Shown: positions 47,702-56,757, numbered from the stretch's first letter. The stretch: DNA of 64,000 nucleotides from a virus (IMGVR_UViG_3300037067_007264:32001-96000), one strand, 5' to 3'. Notes: generated by a model not told the origin, from the sequence alone. Numbers and translations: made by a program.

Positions 47702-49196
47702 TGAAGTTGAATCCTATTGGGACCATCGGGAAGGTATTCGGACTCCTCCGACTCAAGAGTCTCGAGACCAATGGAACCCTAGTGGGCAACAGATATTCAA
47801 CATCCTGACTCGAGTGTTTGCAGATCCTCCCGCCGAGTATATCAGCCAGACTGAGAACGCTAACCTGATCATCACCCATCTAACTCGACAGTACAGGACT
47901 ACAGGTAACTACCCTGACTATGAAACAGTGCGTAATACATTTGAGACGAGAATAGAACCTGGTTGTGTTCTACTCTTAGATCGCATTGTACATAGTAACT
48001 TGTATAGTCGTACCCTGACTAGTGGAGAGTTGTGGGAGTACATGAGGAGGATGTATTCAAGTACCCCTACTTCTCGCATCCCTGAGGTAGATAGACAGAT
48101 CAGTGACTATGTCCTTGAGTATTGCAGGGAACACCATGCCTACCCATCGATAGCTATCATGCGTGGGTACTTCATTTCGAGCATGAGAATTCAGGAACGA
48201 ATTCAGGACTTGATTGTTCGTGTAGGGGGCCTCGATGGTGATATCCCATCTCCAAGCCTACCCCAAGAAGTGACGGCGCTTCAAGAAGAGGGTGAGTCCC
48301 AGAGTCAAGTTATCCTGGATATGCGTAGATTGGCTCTGCTACTGAGCAACCTTCAAGAACTCATCGACAGAGTTGGGGACGATGACCACATTGATTCGAT
48401 CATCACCGAGGTGTTCACTTGGGTTGAAGCTCAAGGTACTGCCCACAACATGCGTACTAGTTGGTGGCAAGACACCCTTCACAACTTCGAGGTTACCTAC
48501 CATATTCGTCGAGGGAGTGTTCATCGACAAGGGACTCATGCTCACGACAGTACTGCTGCAGACCGTAGGATTCTAGCATACACTGAACAGTACATGGGGA
48601 TGGTTGGGCATCTACCGAGCCAGGACGAGACTCGAAGATACTTCACAAGCGAGAATGATGGTCATGCTATAACAAGGTTGTCAGAAATAAACAGGAACGA
48701 AGTACCCCAGCATGAGAGACGCATGGATGCTGGTACCATGTTCCTAGGCCATAACATAGCAGACCTAGAGTTACCGGAGAGACGTTCCGACGATGAGCGG
48801 GAGTATGACACTCGTATCAACCTCAGGCGGGTTGCCCTGCTGCTCAATGGGATCATTGAGACATCCGATAATATGTCAGAACCCCTCAACAGGCGGGTGC
48901 TCAGTAACTTACAGACATCTCTTGATGAGTTAGGGGGTAGAACTTTCAACCATTATGGGGATGAGGACTGGAGGAGGACAACCCTACATAACTTCCGAGT
49001 GGAGTTCCTACCCATGAGTGCTCCGGGCACGTTCCCTCGTCCAGAGGAACTTTATCCAACTGAGAGACATGCCTACCCACCACCTAGGGATCCAATGACG
49101 ACCAGACCTCAGACCAGACCTCAAGAAAGGGTTGCTGAGGACAATAGGGTAGATGGGCCTGCTGAAGATGACTCTGTATCGATAACCAATGACTGA
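47688..49196 (+). CDS. Repeat-containing protein, N-terminal motif EVESYWD
   Basis: Three I-x-x-Y/H...Y/H-P helical repeats and two RR-x-ALLL...TLHNF repeats. Confidence 0.85.
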   Translation: MPEDNEVESYWDHREGIRTPPTQESRDQWNPSGQQIFNILTRVFADPPAEYISQTENANLIITHLTRQYRTTGNYPDYETVRNTFETRIEPGCVLLLDRIVHSNLYSRTLTSGELWEYMRRMYSSTPTSRIPEVDRQISDYVLEYCREHHAYPSIAIMRGYFISSMRIQERIQDLIVRVGGLDGDIPSPSLPQEVTALQEEGESQSQVILDMRRLALLLSNLQELIDRVGDDDHIDSIITEVFTWVEAQGTAHNMRTSWWQDTLHNFEVTYHIRRGSVHRQGTHAHDSTAADRRILAYTEQYMGMVGHLPSQDETRRYFTSENDGHAITRLSEINRNEVPQHERRMDAGTMFLGHNIADLELPERRSDDEREYDTRINLRRVALLLNGIIETSDNMSEPLNRRVLSNLQTSLDELGGRTFNHYGDEDWRRTTLHNFRVEFLPMSAPGTFPRPEELYPTERHAYPPPRDPMTTRPQTRPQERVAEDNRVDGPAEDDSVSITND

Positions 49197-49395
49197 ATCT
49201 GAAGACAGCATCGAGTCCTATTGGGAGGTAGTTCGTCCTCACTTGATAGAGAGAGCTCGTCAACGAAGGGCTGCTCTACTCAAGAATATTCTAGGGGAAC
49301 ATCCGATAAAAACCTACAAGATCATCAAGGAATGGAACACATGTGAGTCCATCAGAGAGTTAAATTTGTCAGATGGCTACTACAAGAAGTGGTGA
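49189..49395 (+). CDS. Small protein, N-terminal motif SIESYWEVVRP
   Basis: Motif. Confidence 0.75.
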   Translation: MTESEDSIESYWEVVRPHLIERARQRRAALLKNILGEHPIKTYKIIKEWNTCESIRELNLSDGYYKKW

Positions 49396-49436
49396 CATAG
49401 AATCATATTGGGAGGTAGTTCGTCCTCACTTGATAG
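49219..49436 (+). repeat. 31-nt exact direct repeat (49219-49249 and 49406-49436)
   Basis: tattgggaggtagttcgtcctcacttgatag in two adjacent genes, encoding YWEVVRPHLI. Confidence 0.9.
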
Positions 49437-49705
49437 TCGAAAGCTCCATCAACTCCATGGTATTGCTGAAGGCTTTGATGAGGGTTAGCCGAAGAGTTTT
49501 GGTGCCAACCTTTGCGGCTGACCTGAAGATCCGCGAGTATATCTCGACGGTATTCAACACCTTCGGGGTCGAGGTCAGGTTTGAAACGATCCGGGAGCAC
49601 TTCCGTGGGGTACTAACTGAGTATGACTTCGAAAAGCCATCTGAAAACTTGGAGGTGCTCAAACGTCTTGACGAGATCTCCCGCATGTGGCCGGATGTGC
49701 TTTGA
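49373..49705 (+). CDS. Hypothetical protein, N-terminal motif DIESYWEVVRP
   Basis: Motif; helical repeat like those in 47688..49196. Confidence 0.8.
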   Translation: MATTRSGDIESYWEVVRPHLIVESSINSMVLLKALMRVSRRVLVPTFAADLKIREYISTVFNTFGVEVRFETIREHFRGVLTEYDFEKPSENLEVLKRLDEISRMWPDVL

Positions 49706-50055
49706 TGACTGATGACATCGAGTCCTACTGGGAAGGCCTACGCCCGCCGCGTAAACCAGGGAAGGATCCGCCCAAGGGCAGTGTCTGTGACCATATCGAT
49801 CCGACCAAGATCGAAGGTTACCACATTTCAGAAGATGCTCTGTACCTGCTCGAGGATCCAGTGGATGGGGCTACTGCCTCTGACTACCAGGGAGAGTCCT
49901 GCGTAGTGTTCAGACCCAGGTGGTACAAGCTGCACCGGTGGGTCTGGTGGCTGTTCATCACTGGAGGGTTACTCTCCTCATACGAGTGGACCTTTACAGT
50001 GATAGACCTGAAGGTACATAAAGCCTATCGCCGAAGGAGAGAGTGGCCTGGCTAG
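49705..50055 (+). CDS. Hypothetical protein, N-terminal motif DDIESYWEGLRP
   Basis: TGATG coupling; motif. Confidence 0.8.
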   Translation: MTDDIESYWEGLRPPRKPGKDPPKGSVCDHIDPTKIEGYHISEDALYLLEDPVDGATASDYQGESCVVFRPRWYKLHRWVWWLFITGGLLSSYEWTFTVIDLKVHKAYRRRREWPG

Positions 50056-50187
50056 AGGTTTACTCCACGTATCTTGAGCCTCTCGGCTCTGAACTATTAG
50101 CCAAAATCAACATACCCTCTTGGAATCCTCTGCAATAGGCTACCGGGCCAGTTATACCTAGTTCGAGATTCGGTGTAACTACATTCT

Positions 50188-50637
50188 ATGCCAACAATCG
50201 AAGTCGGTGAGTTTGATAAGGTATTCGTGGTAAGGCGCACGGAAACTCAGTTACCAAAGGGTTTTCAACAGGTAGTTGAGGTATCTGAGGATGACTTGTT
50301 AGTTTTTGTTCAACAAGGACACCTGATGACTGATACCCCAATAGGTAAACCTGCTCGGGGTGCACCCAAGGCTCGAGTATTCATCGGGGGTGACCAGATT
50401 GGTGTCCTGAACAAGGTTCGAGTGGAAGCCGATAGTGATAACCCACTTCCAATAATGGAGTTCTCCATTATCAGCCCTTTGGTTGAAGGACTCACAGAGA
50501 GCACTAGAAATTCTGTTCAAAAGAGTCTCGACAATTTGAAGAAGTTGTTACCGTTGGCAACTATCCATGAGATGGGTTTCAAGGGCGTTGAGCTCGCCAC
50601 CCACGGAAGGGACTTGACCCTTGAGTCTGTACCCTGA
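50188..50637 (+). CDS. Hypothetical protein
   Basis: GGTGTA 10 nt upstream. Confidence 0.8.
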   Translation: MPTIEVGEFDKVFVVRRTETQLPKGFQQVVEVSEDDLLVFVQQGHLMTDTPIGKPARGAPKARVFIGGDQIGVLNKVRVEADSDNPLPIMEFSIISPLVEGLTESTRNSVQKSLDNLKKLLPLATIHEMGFKGVELATHGRDLTLESVP

Positions 50638-51103
50638 GGATAAGTCTGAGCCTTTCATCTCGGTGAGAGGTTTGGTCTACAAGGGCAAGGGAGAACTGCC
50701 TCCTGAGAAGGCTCTTGTTGTGATCGTATTTGGGAAGCCCAAGGTCTTGATGTATATCGGGCCTGGACTCGACTTCATTTATGAAGATGGTTACATGCAG
50801 AACCACTTCGAAGAAGATGTGGAGATTCATATCCCATCTGACGGTCTCTATATCTGGACTGGGCAGGTGGTGGAGCGTACCAGCTTCGCAGAAGACGAGG
50901 TAGAGTATTGGATTGAGGGGTCCTTCGAGCCAGCCTCAAGATCGCAGTGGGACAAGTATCTGGAAGGTACTCCACCTTGGGATACTAGCTTGTACTTAGT
51001 TGATTCACGCATTAGGGATCTACTTCTCGAGGAGTGCGAGGAGGATCACACTAAGGCCAAGCACTGGCCTCCAGATAGGTTCCACCGAGAAGAAGTGATC
51101 TGA
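50621..51103 (+). CDS. Hypothetical protein, variant tag PDRFHREEVI
   Basis: Tag variant. Confidence 0.8.
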   Translation: MSLYPEDKSEPFISVRGLVYKGKGELPPEKALVVIVFGKPKVLMYIGPGLDFIYEDGYMQNHFEEDVEIHIPSDGLYIWTGQVVERTSFAEDEVEYWIEGSFEPASRSQWDKYLEGTPPWDTSLYLVDSRIRDLLLEECEEDHTKAKHWPPDRFHREEVI

Positions 51104-51125
51104 CACCTTCGGTGTAGTCTGTCTC

Positions 51126-51845
51126 ATGGCTGATGTTGATGTAGAATCTATGAGGGCTGCCTTCGAGGAACTCGACCGCATTCCGTTTAGTTTTAAGGGT
51201 AAGTGCACTCAGGCCCGACTCATGGACGAGAACGATCCTGATGGTGCTGTAGCGCTAACGGATGATAAGGGTGTCGCTTATGTGATGATGCCTCGAGAGG
51301 TCTACGAGGATATCCTCGAGTACAATAAGAATCGGGCTAAGGACACAGTAGAAGACAGTTTCACTCAGAATACTAAGATCAGGTCAGAAGATGACTATGA
51401 TCTGACAGTTCATCGAGCAACAAAGCAAGATGCTGAAGACATCCATGCTTTTGGGATTACTATCCCTGAGATCAAGGTCAGCTCTCAAGTAGAGTTCATG
51501 AGCAAGGAGGAGCTCGAAGTCACACTTGAGAATCCCTGGGCTGTTGTTTTCTTCGCATGTGATAAGAAAGGAACTATTCAAGGCTTCTGCTTGGGGCAGA
51601 CGGGTGACCCAGATCACTGTGACGACCCGACTCAAGCTTGCCTTGTATACCTTGCTGTGGCTGAGGAGTGGAGGGGATCAAGCCTAGCGGTCAAGTTGTA
51701 CCAGGATGTCGTGGGCGAGCTCAAGAAGCGAGGTGTGACCTACCTCTATGCTTGGGCATGCCCAACGAGTGGGGCAGCAAAGTTCTTTGCTAAACAAGGG
51801 TTAGTACCAGGAAGAACTTGTGTTTGGATGGATACTAAGCTCTAA
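51126..51845 (+). CDS. GNAT-family acetyltransferase (C-terminal domain)
   Basis: YLAV-x-x-x-WRG-x-x-LA-x-x-L, A-x-x-FF-x-K-x-G. Confidence 0.85.
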   Translation: MADVDVESMRAAFEELDRIPFSFKGKCTQARLMDENDPDGAVALTDDKGVAYVMMPREVYEDILEYNKNRAKDTVEDSFTQNTKIRSEDDYDLTVHRATKQDAEDIHAFGITIPEIKVSSQVEFMSKEELEVTLENPWAVVFFACDKKGTIQGFCLGQTGDPDHCDDPTQACLVYLAVAEEWRGSSLAVKLYQDVVGELKKRGVTYLYAWACPTSGAAKFFAKQGLVPGRTCVWMDTKL

Positions 51846-52180
51846 CCCTGATTCCAAAGTGTCGTAGCTGTTGCACAGTCCACGTCGGTACACAGGTAAG
51901 TAGCTACAGCCATCACGTCATGCACCCAGAACTTGCCTGGCTCGTTCTGGTGAAGATCTGTGACGTAGGGGCCTTCATCCTGACCGGTACCCTCCTCCAT
52001 AATTACCATTGCAATACGGGAGGTCTTACCACACTTCACACACTTGGTAGTCTCAGAGAACGGGCCCTGGTAACTGTTCTTGAGTCCCTTGGTTCCGTAG
52101 ACCACGGATACCATTGGGCTCTTGTTGGCATTGAGTATCCTTCGAACTACTCTTTGAGCCGGATCAGACGAAAGCTTCAT
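51842..52180 (-). CDS. Hypothetical Zn-binding protein
   Basis: CxxC...HD...YLC-x-x-x-x-C...WNQ. Confidence 0.75.
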   Translation of the reverse strand: MKLSSDPAQRVVRRILNANKSPMVSVVYGTKGLKNSYQGPFSETTKCVKCGKTSRIAMVIMEEGTGQDEGPYVTDLHQNEPGKFWVHDVMAVATYLCTDVDCATATTLWNQG

Positions 52181-52247
52181 AGAGAAGATTGGTCAAAAGA
52201 GGATTAGCTACAGGACTGTCAATTCAAGTTCAAGTCCTCTATTCGAG

Positions 52248-52499
52248 TCATATGCTGCAATTTTCCCAACCAAGACCGTCAATCAACTCTAGGGCTGCCT
52301 TTGCATCCCGAACTTGCTTCACCGTTGGAGTCTGTTCGCACCCGGCGGTCTCCGCCCAAGCATCCCTCCCAATGGCCATATCAGCAAAAGGTACGAGAGC
52401 ATCCCTAGCCGCCAACAGAGCACGCTCGGTAGTGCGAAGGGAGGTGATCCTTCTTGGATCTACTGGCTTTGGTTTTTTGGAGAACATGGGTTCTTCCAC
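52248..52499 (-). CDS. Hypothetical protein
   Basis: ORF in - operon. Confidence 0.6.
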   Translation of the reverse strand: MEEPMFSKKPKPVDPRRITSLRTTERALLAARDALVPFADMAIGRDAWAETAGCEQTPTVKQVRDAKAALELIDGLGWENCSI

Positions 52500-52687
52500 C
52501 CCTCCTGTTGCCGTATTTGCATGATCTGATTTATTGAAAGGTTGGTGCTATCCCACCCTTGTTCCTGGCAGTACTTCTGGACGAAAGCATGACGGCCTTC
52601 GATCGTAGCCTTCATATCGTCAGCATCAGCCTGAGTTCCGGTAGTGATTGCAACTCCAAGGTTTCCTGGTAGCTTCACAACTGGCAT
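52460..52687 (-). CDS. Hypothetical protein
   Basis: SD GAGGA. Confidence 0.7.
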   Translation of the reverse strand: MPVVKLPGNLGVAITTGTQADADDMKATIEGRHAFVQKYCQEQGWDSTNLSINQIMQIRQQEGWKNPCSPKNQSQ

Positions 52688-52689
52688 TT

Positions 52690-53031
52690 TTAGTTCCTCT
52701 TGTTGGTAAACGTCCCATCGTTTCCACTACCAAGGATCCCACCTCTGCTGAACTTTGCATTCCGAGGGGGTCCTTCAATATTCCCATTCTCGATGGAACC
52801 CTGAACAATGAGCTCAGCTGCCTCAATCATTGAGAGACCGGTGGCCCAAGGTGGGTTAGCATTGTCGACACACCACTCTTGAAGCTTGAACTGGTTTTCA
52901 TCACTCATGCGGCTAGCTTTGAAGTGAGGTACCCGCATGGGAAGCTTCTTACCTGTGAGGGACTCGAGAGCTTCCTTGAAATAATTGATAGGAGAGAGTC
53001 CCCTTCGCTTGCTAGTCTTTTTCTTCATCAT
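52690..53031 (-). CDS. Hypothetical protein
   Basis: ORF in - operon. Confidence 0.7.
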   Translation of the reverse strand: MMKKKTSKRRGLSPINYFKEALESLTGKKLPMRVPHFKASRMSDENQFKLQEWCVDNANPPWATGLSMIEAAELIVQGSIENGNIEGPPRNAKFSRGGILGSGNDGTFTNKRN

Positions 53032-53590
53032 CTGGCCCTTTGCCGGGGAACATCTGAAGAGCTATTCGGAGTTGCTCTTCAGTCAGATCTTGAAGGGTCA
53101 CTGCGAAGCGGGTCCCCTTACCAATCTTGTTGTAGCAGTTGATCCCACCCTTGTATCTTGGGAAGTCCTCGTGGAGTTTCTCGATGGCCTGAAAGCGAGC
53201 GGTCTCCTCTTCCTTGAGAGTCTCCCTTCGCTGAATGGCCCTCTTCACCCAATCCTGTTGTCGCTTGACTTCGACCATGAGCTCATCTTCCAAGTTTGGA
53301 AGATCTTCCTCAATGGTTGTTCCGCGATAGAGTATATCTCCATCTCGAGAAATTCGAATGGTTTCGAAGATGAACAGCAACTTCGATGGTTTGTCACCAG
53401 GTTCATTCTGCTCACGAATCTCGAGAGCCCTATACAACTCAGGGTCTTTCACCACGAGTATGTACCAGTACCAATTGATGGCTAGTTCCGATTCAGTGCC
53501 TAGTCCAGCGAGCTTGGCCTGGATCAAGAATAGGGCATCTTTCGCTCGAACAGCAACTTCTCTTGTTGAGTAGCCTTTTGGGGTATCCAT
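53012..53590 (-). CDS. Hypothetical protein
   Basis: 192-aa ORF. Confidence 0.8.
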   Translation of the reverse strand: MDTPKGYSTREVAVRAKDALFLIQAKLAGLGTESELAINWYWYILVVKDPELYRALEIREQNEPGDKPSKLLFIFETIRISRDGDILYRGTTIEEDLPNLEDELMVEVKRQQDWVKRAIQRRETLKEEETARFQAIEKLHEDFPRYKGGINCYNKIGKGTRFAVTLQDLTEEQLRIALQMFPGKGPDDEEKD

Positions 53591-53716
53591 TAGTGAGTCC
53601 TTGGCATAGATCCATCCTATATCAGGTTTCTAACACTCTGCGCACCTGATATTACGAACGAACTCACTGATTCTCACTAGAATAATTCAGAAACTAATCA
53701 CCGGCCCTAGGTTCAA

Positions 53717-54376
53717 CTAATCTTCGAACTCGAGTCCAGCAACTTGATTGTCCTGAATATCTACTCTTATCGGCTTCTTGCAGAGGATCACATTCTTGGG
53801 AGCGACCCATACGGCAAAGGAATTGCGGAGGGTGGTTTCTAAGGCCCCAAGGCCTCCAAGAACCTCAGGAGGTAGGTCAATTCCTGGTAGCTCACTGAGG
53901 AAGCTGTACTGGGCAACCCAGGGGAGGTCAACCAAAGAGCTCCACGCACACTCGTAGATGGATTCGGCAAGGGGGGTTATCCTGCTGGACCACAGGGAGT
54001 CTAACAAGGTGTTGTTCAAGGATTTGGTAATTGAATTGAGCAGCCTGTCAGAGAGTGAAAGCCAATAGATAGGCGATAACTCTATGGAATCTCGTAGAGC
54101 GTGGGTAAAGATCTGTATCCGACCGAGGCTCTTGTAGAAGGCTCGGCACTTCTCTGGGTTGGAAAACCACTTGACCTCGTATCCGGTGATGTCACTGACG
54201 TGAATAGCCCCGTTGTTTGGTAAGTTATCAATCAGATCGTGGATAGCTTCAGTGGCAAAGTCCACGTTGGTCTCAGTAGAAGTGGCGAATCTGAAGAAGT
54301 CTTGCCTGAAAGTGGCCAAGCGGCTGGCTTGTTGAGAGGTCAAAGAGTCAAGCTTCTTGGTGAACTCGTAGTACAT
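53717..54376 (-). CDS. Hypothetical protein (possibly DUF6745-like)
   Basis: Repetitive S/L/W helical region; W...F-x-x-E...W...C-x-KP. Confidence 0.7.
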   Translation of the reverse strand: MYYEFTKKLDSLTSQQASRLATFRQDFFRFATSTETNVDFATEAIHDLIDNLPNNGAIHVSDITGYEVKWFSNPEKCRAFYKSLGRIQIFTHALRDSIELSPIYWLSLSDRLLNSITKSLNNTLLDSLWSSRITPLAESIYECAWSSLVDLPWVAQYSFLSELPGIDLPPEVLGGLGALETTLRNSFAVWVAPKNVILCKKPIRVDIQDNQVAGLEFED

Positions 54377-54445
54377 TGGGAGCACCCTACACCGAGTGTG
54401 ACAGTTTTGTCACCAAAAGATTGACAATCTGGTGTACACTGCTTC

Positions 54446-54607
54446 ATGCCATTGACTGTCCGAAATCTTCTTGACCACCCAGAACGTAGGTCTGAACTAT
54501 ACCCTGAGCCGGATAATTGTGTTGAGTGTGGGCAACCGATCTCGGAGTTTGTCACTGGGCATGAGCCGATTGGCAAGAAACCCGCTCAAGAGCCAGAGGA
54601 AACGTGA
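54446..54607 (+). CDS. Small CxxC protein
   Basis: Hand-translated MPLTVRNLLDHP...CVECG; GGTGTA upstream; coupled to the next gene. Confidence 0.55.
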   Translation: MPLTVRNLLDHPERRSELYPEPDNCVECGQPISEFVTGHEPIGKKPAQEPEET

Positions 54608-55140
54608 TCTACCTCATCCCGCCGGTACCGACTCAAGAACCCAAGTGGCGTATTCGAGCTGAATCAACCAAGCTATCCAGTTCCTTTATCCTCCGTGATG
54701 AAGTAGCGAAGATTTTTTCTGATAATGGGGTTCCAGTCATCCCATTAGGTAAGCCCCCAAGTGGTGCCACCGAAGAAGCTTTGGTTGCTGCCATGGACGA
54801 GATAGACACTCGTCACATTAAACTGAGTAGACGGTTACTCAGCGAGCTGAGGTTCGAACTCCTAGGGGCTAGGTCTAGGATCCAATGGCCCCAAGTAATA
54901 ATAGACTGCCGCCGAGCAGCAGTAGATGTTGTAGAGGCTCAGAATCGATACGAAGAGTTGCATGAGAAGGTAATGGAGTACGCCATGGATCAGTTAGGTC
55001 TCAATGAGCTAACCTGTATCCTAGTTGAAGGCCTTCACGAGTGTATCAAGAGCCCAACCCGGCAGTGCTTGTACGATGATGAAGAGGATCCTAGCCACGA
55101 TGATTGCCTCGTGTGCGGAGAGCCTGAAGAGCGGAAATGA
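54604..55140 (+). CDS. Hypothetical protein with C-terminal Cys cluster
   Basis: C-x-x-SP-x-x-x-C-x-Y...D-x-C-x-x-CG-x-P-x-ERK. Confidence 0.8.
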   Translation: MIYLIPPVPTQEPKWRIRAESTKLSSSFILRDEVAKIFSDNGVPVIPLGKPPSGATEEALVAAMDEIDTRHIKLSRRLLSELRFELLGARSRIQWPQVIIDCRRAAVDVVEAQNRYEELHEKVMEYAMDQLGLNELTCILVEGLHECIKSPTRQCLYDDEEDPSHDDCLVCGEPEERK

Positions 55141-55614
55141 TTAGAAGGCCCCTAGATCCTCAAGTGATGTGAGTTGGGCTAGGATCTTGTTCTTGTATCT
55201 CGGGTCGTAGGTGACTTCCATGGCTCCAGAAGTCCAAGGAGGAAGCTCAAAGGTATCCGCTTCCTCTATTGAATCAAACTCGCACTCGAGGGTAACTAGT
55301 CCATCCAAGGTATCGAGATAAGTGTCTATTTCAAGAGACTTATTTTGGTACCCGACGGTCATCCTAAGTTTTCTTAGTGAGTGAGTAACCTGGGGCCAGA
55401 GTGAATCAAAGACCCAAGAGGGTATCTGCGAGTTCCACTCAGGTCTCTCGATGTCCCCATCACCCTTCACAGTCATCATGAAGGTATTGTCCTGCCTGCG
55501 TAGCCTGAGCTCTGGGTCCCCTGTTAGGAGGTATCCTTGCTCAATCAATGAGGAATGACCGTGAAGTTCTCCCGGAACAAACCTCAATCTCCACTTACGT
55601 TCGATTTCTGACAT
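55141..55614 (-). CDS. CYTH (triphosphate tunnel) domain protein
   Basis: EIERKW, QGYL, R-x-R, T-x-K, K-x-R, E-x-D, E-x-EF, EVT-x-D-x-RY-x-N. Confidence 0.93.
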   Translation of the reverse strand: MSEIERKWRLRFVPGELHGHSSLIEQGYLLTGDPELRLRRQDNTFMMTVKGDGDIERPEWNSQIPSWVFDSLWPQVTHSLRKLRMTVGYQNKSLEIDTYLDTLDGLVTLECEFDSIEEADTFELPPWTSGAMEVTYDPRYKNKILAQLTSLEDLGAF

Positions 55615-55949
55615 CCCGATCTTAGTACACCGGAATGGTAGAACTCAGTCGCATTGAAGACTGATTGGTCTTCTACTTCAGGGATTGGATCATAAATAGT
55701 ATGATCCCCAGCGGACTCATACTTCTCCTCGAGCTCAGCCATGCTCATGACGATTGCAGGACCTCGAGGAACCTGAATAAGCCGGACCTTGGTTGTTTCA
55801 GCCGATCCATACATCTTGAGGCATTGAACCCAAAGTCTCGGGTAAGGTTCTCGCTCGGCTCCCTTAAGCTTCAGAAAGATCCCATGTCTGAACCAAGTAG
55901 GTGGGAAGTAGCGTGTTGAAGTGTCGACTCTCAGGTCTACTCGGATCAT
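55584..55949 (-). CDS. Hypothetical protein
   Basis: SD AGAGGA. Confidence 0.65.
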   Translation of the reverse strand: MIRVDLRVDTSTRYFPPTWFRHGIFLKLKGAEREPYPRLWVQCLKMYGSAETTKVRLIQVPRGPAIVMSMAELEEKYESAGDHTIYDPIPEVEDQSVFNATEFYHSGVLRSGCQKSNVSGD

Positions 55950-55988
55950 GCTCTGATCCCTATCCTCTTTTGAGCTCTTCGTCTACCC

Positions 55989-56246
55989 TCAAACTGGGAC
56001 CCGTGGGGTTATCTCACTACCAACGAAGACTTCTCGGTCTAGGAGTCGAGGTTCTTCAGACACACCCAACCCATTGGCCAACTCCTGTTCGATGGTGTTC
56101 TGATCCTCTTCGGACAAGGCTCGCCAATGAGAATCCAATCGTTCGACAAACTTGGACTCCTCTTCTTGTGAGAGGCTTCCTCCCGCTTCTGCGCGAGCCA
56201 GGTGCAACTCAATCATTTCTCGACGGTAGTTTTCCAAGTGGGACAC
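55989..56246 (-). CDS. Hypothetical protein
   Basis: GTG start set by GGTGTA. Confidence 0.65.
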   Translation of the reverse strand: MSHLENYRREMIELHLARAEAGGSLSQEEESKFVERLDSHWRALSEEDQNTIEQELANGLGVSEEPRLLDREVFVGSEITPRVPV

Positions 56247-56400
56247 TTCAGTCCTTACTACACCCCAAAAGGTGAAACCCACCAGGGAACTACTACTGGT
56301 GGGTTTCTCTTGCAGTCGTTTGTTTCAATCACCCAAAAAGAAAGCTTGAGACTAATAGTTACATGGTAAGCCCTAGGGAGTCAATCCTTCAACTTGATAA

Positions 56401-56429
56401 TTGACACGATTTGGAGGATGATGTAGGAT
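56401..56429 (+). promoter_or_regulatory. Host sigma-70-type promoter
   Basis: TTGACA-N17-TAGGAT. Confidence 0.65.
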
Positions 56430-56435
56430 ATAGTT

Positions 56436-56537
56436 CTGTGTGGTGATGTCCTAGCATTTCACCACACATCTTGTGGACTGAGCTGAGCAGGTTAGACGGC
56501 CCTGGGTTTGAGCATAGCCCGGGGCCGTTCCCTTTTG
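56436..56537 (+). ncRNA. Candidate ~100-nt small RNA (hairpin plus terminator)
   Basis: Downstream of the promoter; stems tgtgtggtga/tcaccacaca and acggccctgggt/gcccggggccgt with a T-tract. Confidence 0.5.
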
Positions 56538-56559
56538 TCTTATGTGGTGTACTTAGAAG

Positions 56560-56757
56560 ATGGAGGCTCTTATGAGCATTATCTTTTCTTCTGAATGCAA
56601 AGCTAGTTTTGAACCTGAACCTGAGTTGGGGGAGCCAAGACGAAAAGCACGAAGGAAAGGGAGGCCTCGAAAGGGAGAAGACAAAGATCTTAAGTCTTCA
56701 ATTCGTTCGACTGCAGGAAGACTCGATGAGTTTGATGACGAGGATGAAGGCTACTAA
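56560..56757 (+). CDS. Small protein with basic and acidic tracts
   Basis: GGTGTA upstream. Confidence 0.6.
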   Translation: MEALMSIIFSSECKASFEPEPELGEPRRKARRKGRPRKGEDKDLKSSIRSTAGRLDEFDDEDEGY

